Source: Candidatus Thorarchaeota archaeon
GTDB lineage: Archaea; Asgardarchaeota; Thorarchaeia; Thorarchaeales; Thorarchaeaceae
DNA length: 13,057 nucleotides
Assembly: GCA_003345595.1 (NCBI GenBank)
Contig: PRDI01000006.1
Location: forward strand, 1-13,057
Direction: 5' to 3'
The notes beneath the pieces are model-generated. The model had not been told where the DNA came from. It searched no databases and saw only the letters and a list, made by a program, of their open reading frames with translations. A program made the translations under genes and the position numbers. This document shows positions 7,390 to 13,057 of the stretch, in pieces; positions within the stretch are counted from its first letter, which is position 1, and the number at the start of each line of letters is the position of its first letter.

Positions 7390-7654
7390 ATGAATTCACA
7401 CCCGCGTTTCCTCGGAAGCCAGTCGCTCTGTAAGGACAATGGAGAGTATAGAGTGGAGAGGGCTCTCACAATCTCGTTATGCAGAGAGTTACACCTCCCA
7501 GATGACATCACGTAATAATAGGTGACAGTCCCCCATCCAAGATTGTCGGGCCGATGAGAATCGATGGACCTGGCTCATCTATGGTTCATTAGTGGAGAGT
7601 CAAAGATAATAAGACGCCCACCATATTTCCGAGAAGAAACAGCCGCTTGTATGT

Positions 7655-7669
7655 GAGAAGGGTTATAGT
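7655..7669 (+). promoter_or_regulatory. Candidate BRE+TATA promoter for fumC-sdhAB
   Basis: Purine-rich GAGAAGG followed by GTTATAGT, about 50 nt upstream of the fumC start. Confidence 0.4.
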
Positions 7670-7714
7670 CGACATTGTAGTAAAGTCACCCTGAAGGGCT
7701 GTCAAAGGGAGTCA

Positions 7715-9112
7715 ATGCATATGACGGGCAAGAATAGAATGGAGAAAGACTCTCTTGGGGAGATGGAGGTTCCAACAGAAGTCTACTGGGGGATTAGCAC
7801 CCAGAGAGCGTTGCAGAACTTCAGGATTAGCGGAAGAAGAATGCCCACCCAGTTTATACTGGCTCTCGCAGAAGTAAAGAAGGCCTCTGCTCTTGCGAAC
7901 ATGTCGATGGGAGAGATTGACTCGAAGATAGGAAAAGCGATTGTGCAGGCTGCCGAAGAAATAATCGCCGACCGCAAGTTCCTGGATCAGTTCCCGATTG
8001 ACATCTACCAGACTGGTTCTGGTACGCAGACCAACATGAACATGAATGAGGTATTGGCCAATCGAGCCAATGAAATCCTTGGGCATCCTCGCGGGAGGAA
8101 GTCGCCAGTCCATCCAAATGACCATGTGAACATGAGCCAGTCATCAAATGATGTGATTCCGACAGCCATGCACATAGCGGCTTTGCAGATAGTCGAGAGC
8201 AGTCTGAACCCCTCCCTAAAGCGTCTTGTCAGTGTGCTCGACTCAAAGATTCGAGAATTCTCAGACATCGTCAAAGTGGCGCGCACTCATCTTCAGGATG
8301 CAGTTCCGATTCGGCTGTCCACAGAGTTCGACGTCTATCGCAGACAGGCTGCAGCGGGCCTTGAACAAATCAAAGTTGCCTGTGGTGAGCTTCTTGTGGT
8401 GCCGCTTGGGGGCACTGCGGTTGGCACTGGCCTCAACGCACCTAACGGGTTTGCGGAGGCTGCCGTAAAGCAACTCGGCCTCATTACCAGACTTTCTATG
8501 AAGACGAGTCCCTTGAAGGCAGAAGGTATAGCTTCCCATTCTGCCATAGTTGGAATGAGCGCTGCTCTTCGGTCTCTTGCCTTGTCCTGTATGAAAATGG
8601 CGAATGATATCAGGTGGATGGGGAGCGGACCCAGAGCAGGCCTCGGAGAGCTCCTCCTACCAGAAAATGAACCCGGGTCCTCCATTATGCCAGGCAAGGT
8701 CAACCCCACTCAATCAGAGGCCCTCATCCAAGTGTGCATTCAGATAATTGGCAATGATGAGGTCATCTCGTTGGCCGAAGGGTTTGGGAGCGTGCTTGAC
8801 CTGAATGTGGCCAAGCCGATTATGATTGTGAATCTGCTCGACAGCATAGCCATCTTGTCCGGCGGAGTCGATTCATTCGTGGAGCACTGCCTAATGGGAT
8901 TGAAGCCAAACGAAGTCGCTATTCGTAGCCAGCTGGAGAGAAGCCTTATGGTTGTCACCCGCCTTACCCCGATCATAGGATATGACAGGGCTGCAGAAGT
9001 CGCGAAGACTGCTTACAGGACCGGAAGAACAATCAGAGAAGCAGTGGATGATATGGGCATTAAGATTGAAGGCGACCTAGAAGACATACTTGATCCCTCA
9101 AAGATGGCCTAG
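7715..9112 (+). CDS. fumC: Class II fumarate hydratase (fumarase/aspartase superfamily), 465 aa (alternative start ATG 7721)
   Basis: Signature GSSIMPGKVNP; QTGSGTQTNMNMNEV; VHPNDHVNMSQSSND; RTHLQDAVP; GGTAVGTGLN; adjacent to sdhAB. Confidence 0.93.
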   Translation: MHMTGKNRMEKDSLGEMEVPTEVYWGISTQRALQNFRISGRRMPTQFILALAEVKKASALANMSMGEIDSKIGKAIVQAAEEIIADRKFLDQFPIDIYQTGSGTQTNMNMNEVLANRANEILGHPRGRKSPVHPNDHVNMSQSSNDVIPTAMHIAALQIVESSLNPSLKRLVSVLDSKIREFSDIVKVARTHLQDAVPIRLSTEFDVYRRQAAAGLEQIKVACGELLVVPLGGTAVGTGLNAPNGFAEAAVKQLGLITRLSMKTSPLKAEGIASHSAIVGMSAALRSLALSCMKMANDIRWMGSGPRAGLGELLLPENEPGSSIMPGKVNPTQSEALIQVCIQIIGNDEVISLAEGFGSVLDLNVAKPIMIVNLLDSIAILSGGVDSFVEHCLMGLKPNEVAIRSQLERSLMVVTRLTPIIGYDRAAEVAKTAYRTGRTIREAVDDMGIKIEGDLEDILDPSKMA

Positions 9113-9159
9113 GATCAGTGAAACTAGGCGGCACTCATAGCTACTGGAGGTGAAGTCGA

Positions 9160-10839
9160 TTGAGTCTGATGCACGACGTGCTTGTGATTGGCGCTGGTCT
9201 CTCAGGACTTAGAGCTGCCATCGAGCTTGTCGATGCTTGTGATGTCGCAGTGATAACCAAGGTTCACCCCTTGAGGTCCCATTCCGTCGCGGCTCAGGGG
9301 GGCATCAATGCGGCTCTGGGAGAAACCGACTCATGGCAGGCCCATGCGTTTGATACTGTCAAGGGTTCGGACTACTTGGCGGACCAAGATGTTGTTGAGC
9401 TGCTGGCAAGAGAGGCTCCAAGAGCAGTCATTGAGAACGAACGATGGGGAACCGCCTTCTCCAGAACCGAAGACGGCAGAATCGCTCAGAGGCCCTTCGG
9501 CGGAGCGGGCTACCCTCGCACATGCTACGCTGCAGACCGTACCGGCCACAATCTGCTGCACACCACATATGAGCAGGCAACCAGAATGGGAGTGAAGTTC
9601 TACGACGAGTGGTTTGCCCTGTCACTAGTGAAATCTGAATCGCGAGTATGTGGCCTGACCGCTCTGGAAATCTCCTCAGGTGAAGTCTACGGAATTTCAA
9701 CAAAGGCTGTAGTCATCGCCACGGGTGGCTTTGGGCGCATCTATCGTCGTTCGACCAATGCTCTCGTCAACACCGGTGACGGATGCGCACTCGCGCTGAA
9801 TGCTGGCTTGCCGCTAAAGGACATGGAGTTTGTCCAGTTTCATCCTACAACGCTCTATGGCTCCAACATACTGATCACCGAAGGTGCGAGAGGCGAGGGC
9901 GGCTACTTACTGAACGCGAGTGGAGAGAGGTTCATGAAGAAGTACGCCCCAACCAGTGTGGAACTAGCCCCCCGTGATGTGGTCGCCCGCGCCATCCAGA
10001 CTGAGATCAATGAAGGCAGAGGGTTTGAGAACGCATACGTGCATCTTGACATTCGACATCTCGGGAAAGACCGAATTGAAGAGAGGCTCCCGGGAATCCG
10101 TGAAATCTGCATCTACTTTGCCGGCATCGATCCCGTCGACAGTCCGATACCTGTTCAGCCTGGCCAACACTATTCAATGGGAGGAGTCGACTGTGACAAG
10201 AGCGGCAAGACCTCCCTCAATGGTCTCTATTCCCTGGGAGAAGCCGCTTGCATGAGCGTTCACGGAGCAAACCGCCTAGGCGGCAACTCACTGCTTGAAA
10301 CCTTGGTCTTTGGCAGAATAGTCGGCATGGCCATCAAAGACTTTCTCAAGGTTGCAGGTCCAGCCGACCGGCGTGCTGTAGACGATGAAACCTTGAATTC
10401 CGCAGCTCGAGTCCGAGCACTTCTCTCAAAGCGCAGAGGTCAGTCCCAGTCACTAATCAGACAAGAGATGTGCAGAGTCATGGATGAAGGGGTCGGAGTG
10501 TTCAGGAACGCCGAAGGACTAAAGGCGGCGCTGAAATCCATTGAATCTCTCAGCGAGAGAAACAAGAAGACAAGCGTTGGCCACACTGACACGCGATTCA
10601 ATCTGGCTCTCATAAGGGCACTCGAGCTCGCAAACATGTTGCAGCTCGCAGAAGTCACTGCCGTTTCTGCGCTAGCTAGGGAAGAGAGCCGAGGAGCTCA
10701 TTGGAGGACAGATTTTCCTAAGAGAAACGACCAGCGGTTTCTCAAGCACACAGTCGTCACCAGAACGAAAGGACGTCTTGTCGTCGGATACAAGGACGTG
10801 AACATGGGCATGTTCGAAGTCAAGGAGCGGGAATATTGA
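9160..10839 (+). CDS. sdhA: Succinate dehydrogenase/fumarate reductase flavoprotein subunit, 559 aa
   Basis: Rossmann VIGAGLSG; covalent-FAD His motif RSHSVAAQGG; catalytic motifs QFHPT, ITEGARGEGG, LAPRD, HYSMGG, HGANRLGGNSL; REESRGAH. TTG start with a GGAGGTGA Shine-Dalgarno at 9146-9153. Reaction direction (Sdh or Frd) cannot be read from sequence. Confidence 0.95.
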   Translation: MSLMHDVLVIGAGLSGLRAAIELVDACDVAVITKVHPLRSHSVAAQGGINAALGETDSWQAHAFDTVKGSDYLADQDVVELLAREAPRAVIENERWGTAFSRTEDGRIAQRPFGGAGYPRTCYAADRTGHNLLHTTYEQATRMGVKFYDEWFALSLVKSESRVCGLTALEISSGEVYGISTKAVVIATGGFGRIYRRSTNALVNTGDGCALALNAGLPLKDMEFVQFHPTTLYGSNILITEGARGEGGYLLNASGERFMKKYAPTSVELAPRDVVARAIQTEINEGRGFENAYVHLDIRHLGKDRIEERLPGIREICIYFAGIDPVDSPIPVQPGQHYSMGGVDCDKSGKTSLNGLYSLGEAACMSVHGANRLGGNSLLETLVFGRIVGMAIKDFLKVAGPADRRAVDDETLNSAARVRALLSKRRGQSQSLIRQEMCRVMDEGVGVFRNAEGLKAALKSIESLSERNKKTSVGHTDTRFNLALIRALELANMLQLAEVTAVSALAREESRGAHWRTDFPKRNDQRFLKHTVVTRTKGRLVVGYKDVNMGMFEVKEREY

Positions 10840-11573
10840 TGATCTTCAAGATTGCTCGGAGCCCAAAAGGTGGGCAAGTGACTCACTATGACGAGTACGA
10901 GGTGTCGGTTACGAAAGGGATGACAATCTTGGATGTTTTATTCATCATCCAAGACGATGTTGACCCTTCATTGTCTTTTCGGTACTCATGTAGAGGTGCA
11001 GTGTGTGGAAGCTGCGCCATGCTCATTGACAGGGAGCCGAGGCTCGCATGCAGAACACAGGCACTCATGATTAAGCAGTCGTCCCTCAATCTGAAGGCAT
11101 TCCCGGCCATCGAAAACAAGCAGACGGGCCAAGCGCAGAACCCGATGGTTCTCATCGAGCCTCTTCCCAACATGCGAGTACTCAAGGACCTCTTAGTCGA
11201 TATGACACCATTCCATCAGAGCTTCGAGTCGATGAAGTTGTGGGTGGACCCAACAGAGGGGAATACGCCGCGAACACAGACTCCTGAGGAGCTCTCAAGA
11301 TATGAGAGATACGTCAACTGTATCAGCTGCGGAATTTGCCATGGCTCTTGTCCCGTGAGCTCGTATCATCATGAGTACATTGGCCCTGCCCCTCTTGCAA
11401 AGGCTTGGCGATTCTATGAGGATAGCCGTGTAACCAATCGTGAGAGATACCTCGAGGCTGCCAAGCAATCTAATGGTGCGCCAATGTGTGAACTTGTGAT
11501 GAACTGCGTGAAATCATGTCCCAAGGATGTTGCTCCAGGGGGAGCAATCAGAAGAATCAAGGATACCGGATAG
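10839..11573 (+). CDS. sdhB: Succinate dehydrogenase/fumarate reductase iron-sulfur subunit, about 244 aa
   Basis: [2Fe-2S] SCRGAVCGSC...LAC; [4Fe-4S] CISCGICHGSCP; [3Fe-4S]-type CELVMNCVKSCP. ATG at 10839 overlaps the sdhA stop (TGATG); TTG at 10836 is the alternative start. Confidence 0.95.
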   Translation: MIFKIARSPKGGQVTHYDEYEVSVTKGMTILDVLFIIQDDVDPSLSFRYSCRGAVCGSCAMLIDREPRLACRTQALMIKQSSLNLKAFPAIENKQTGQAQNPMVLIEPLPNMRVLKDLLVDMTPFHQSFESMKLWVDPTEGNTPRTQTPEELSRYERYVNCISCGICHGSCPVSSYHHEYIGPAPLAKAWRFYEDSRVTNRERYLEAAKQSNGAPMCELVMNCVKSCPKDVAPGGAIRRIKDTG

Positions 11574-11755
11574 TTCTGTTGCTGTGAAACCAGAACCAGT
11601 CCGCTTGGTCTGCATGTTCTTTAGGATTGCAGTCATTATAGTGCGATTCTGGTGAAACCTCGCCTATTCATCCTGAAGATAGCATATCATGTTTCGATGA
11701 AACACTGAGCTCGCTCAAGGGCTTTGCCAGCATGATTGCGGCGTGGAAACCGAAT

Positions 11756-12220
11756 TCAGGTTTGGCGCTTGAAAGCTGCGGCACAGTGACGACAGCAAAA
11801 GGCCATAATCTTGCCGCCAACCTCTTCGTGGTGGCCTCCCCCATACACGCGAACACCGCAGCATGCACACGTTTCGAGACTCGGCTCAATCGCAGATGCC
11901 GTCATTGCCGCAAATCTCCGAAAGAGTCCTTCAGTGAACTTGCGTCCCTTCTTTGTGAGTGAGTACACAAGCTTCGGTCTCTTCCCAACTGACATGTCCG
12001 ACTGCGAGATCAGTCTTCTTTGTTCGAGTTTCTGAAGGAATGGGTAGAGAGTACCAGCGCTCAGAGTCATTCCAGTGCGTTTCCTGAAATGCTTGATCAG
12101 ACCATAACCATGCAAGGCCCCCTCACTGAGTAGGAGAAGCACATAGAACTGCGAGAAATCCGAGATGATGTCGCTCATTTCCTTCTGGGTCTGAGCCGAA
12201 TCGTCTTGCGGCTTGCTCAT
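11756..12220 (-). CDS. PadR-family winged-helix regulator with C-terminal TRASH-like metal-binding domain, about 154 aa
   Basis: PadR core VLLLLSEGALHGYGLI...SAGTLYPFLQKLE...KLVYSLTKKG; C-terminal CACCG-x19-CCRHC with an internal HH. Start placed at ATG 12220 (GGAG upstream); the 47-aa extension to 12361 looks non-coding and spans a candidate operator. Confidence 0.9.
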   Translation of the reverse strand: MSKPQDDSAQTQKEMSDIISDFSQFYVLLLLSEGALHGYGLIKHFRKRTGMTLSAGTLYPFLQKLEQRRLISQSDMSVGKRPKLVYSLTKKGRKFTEGLFRRFAAMTASAIEPSLETCACCGVRVYGGGHHEEVGGKIMAFCCRHCAAAFKRQT

Positions 12221-12310
12221 TCCACAAACACTCCATGCTATTCCAAGAACAAGTCCCGAATCATATTGAGAGCGCGACTCATTTTCGTCGCGGACAAATG
12301 TGTTTCCGGA

Positions 12311-12331
12311 GATATATCCTTCGCGACATAG
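12311..12331. promoter_or_regulatory. Candidate PadR operator/TATA site 1 (G ATATATC cttcgc GACATAG)
   Basis: Imperfect inverted repeat with a 6-nt spacer, about 90 nt upstream of the PadR start. It shares GATATATCC and the spacing with site 2. Confidence 0.55.
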
Positions 12332-12435
12332 TCGGAAGTATCGATCTACCCACCGCTTCATCTTCCGAATTCTTCATCTAGTCCGTTGTTGACGGAGTGC
12401 GGGAGATCAGTAGCCATTGGCAAGACTCATACCGC

Positions 12436-12463
12436 ATGGATATATCCATACAGATATATATCT
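12436..12463. promoter_or_regulatory. Candidate PadR operator/TATA site 2 (ATATATC cataca GATATAT)
   Basis: Perfect 7-6-7 inverted repeat at 12440-12459. Each half sits within its own perfect palindrome (ATGGATATATCCAT 12436-12449; AGATATATATCT 12452-12463), overlapping a TATA-like element for the downstream + gene. Confidence 0.65.
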
Positions 12464-12591
12464 TGGCGGATAACGCCCTATTTCAAAGATTGGACCCGGT
12501 GTCGCTGAAGTTCAGGATATGAGTTCCATCGAGTCAAGTGTCGACTTGGACTGAACAGCTGAGTGATTCGGGTAGAATGGAAGTGACTGAA

Positions 12592-13023
12592 ATGACTGAT
12601 CAACTACAGAAACCACGTGAAGCCTATGTATTGTCCATAGCAAGCGGGATAATCACAATTCTGGGGAGCATGTTATGGATAGTACTGATGACGATGGGAT
12701 GGACTGGGGGCTGGTTTGAATGGATGGATGGTTTCATGCATGGTGCCGAGGGTCATATGTATTTCTGGGGCTTCGAGGGCTTCAGTTACCTAATCGGTTT
12801 TTCAGGGTTCCTTTTGGGGATTGGTATTATCCTGGCCGCGGTCATGCTCGATAGACGACCGAATGAACATGCTACGTGGGGCCTAGTGATCATAATCCTC
12901 TCAGCAGCAAGCATGATGGCCAGTATGGGCATTGGACTTCTCCTGGGAATCGTAGGAGGTATTATCGCCGTCTTGTGGCAGCCGCCAACCCGACCTACAG
13001 TGGGAACAAGTCAGCAAGCGTGA
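12592..13023 (+). CDS. Archaeal-type small membrane protein (about 4 TM) with a Met/His-rich loop, about 143 aa
   Basis: KP..AYVLSIASGII, RPNEHATWGLVIIILS and GLLLGIVGGIIAV resemble a widespread uncharacterised archaeal membrane family; loop MTMGWTGGWFEWMDGFMHGAEGHMYFWG. Start placed at ATG 12592 after GGAAGTGA; the ORF track starts at GTG 12538. Confidence 0.82.
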   Translation: MTDQLQKPREAYVLSIASGIITILGSMLWIVLMTMGWTGGWFEWMDGFMHGAEGHMYFWGFEGFSYLIGFSGFLLGIGIILAAVMLDRRPNEHATWGLVIIILSAASMMASMGIGLLLGIVGGIIAVLWQPPTRPTVGTSQQA

Positions 13024-13057
13024 TGACAGAATCCGTAGTCTGTCCGGCATACACAGA

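Noticed and set aside
7386-7433. 15-aa ORF MNEFTPAFPRKPVAL overlapping the membrane ORF stop (ATGA)
   Set aside because: It is too short and has no similarity I can recognise; it might be a gene relic but cannot be supported.
7715-9112. Aspartate ammonia-lyase (aspA) as an alternative call
   Set aside because: QTGSGTQTNMN and the SGPRAGLGEL region are fumarase-like, and the gene sits next to sdhAB.
7712-11185. Numerous short antisense or alternate-frame ORFs inside fumC, sdhA and sdhB
   Set aside because: They lie within well-supported conserved genes and have no independent evidence.
1898-11573. Genome-wide reassignment of UAG to a sense codon
   Set aside because: ogt, fumC and sdhB end in TAG at or near their normal C-termini, and no conserved gene contains an internal TAG.
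12221-12361. 47-aa N-terminal extension of the PadR ORF
   Set aside because: It is not PadR-like and overlaps the candidate operator/TATA site 1, whereas ATG 12220 has a Shine-Dalgarno-like GGAG.
1-13057. CRISPR array, tRNA/rRNA, transposase or defence system
   Set aside because: I saw no regularly spaced repeats, cloverleaf/T-loop motifs, or DDE, HUH or recombinase signatures.

Overview
Gene-dense archaeal chromosomal window. The evidence for an archaeon is GGAGGTG-type Shine-Dalgarno sites, TATA-like promoters and an archaeal TFS/RpoM-type zinc-ribbon gene; the gene content is suggestive of an Asgard (Thorarchaeia-like) or Bathyarchaeia-like genome, which is inference only. From left to right: (1) a minus-strand block made of a >554-aa hypothetical gene running off the left edge (absent from the ORF track), a 191-aa hypothetical, an O6-alkylguanine DNA alkyltransferase (ogt), a QW-repeat prenyltransferase/terpene-cyclase-fold protein and a TFS paralogue lacking the C-terminal zinc ribbon; (2) a DUF1015 protein; (3) a small accessory patch with a RibD/DHFR-family gene, a 26-codon remnant of a second DHFR-like gene and a membrane ORF; (4) a fumC-sdhA-sdhB cluster with no membrane-anchor genes; (5) a PadR regulator with a C-terminal TRASH-like Cys motif, divergent from a Met/His-loop membrane protein, with two copies of a candidate operator (ATATATC-N6-GAYATA) between them. 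The best candidates for undescribed biology are this PadR-TRASH metal-response unit, the truncated acidic-tailed TFS paralogue, and the QW-barrel/ogt operon with a switch-like structured leader. I found no rRNA, tRNA, CRISPR array or transposase.
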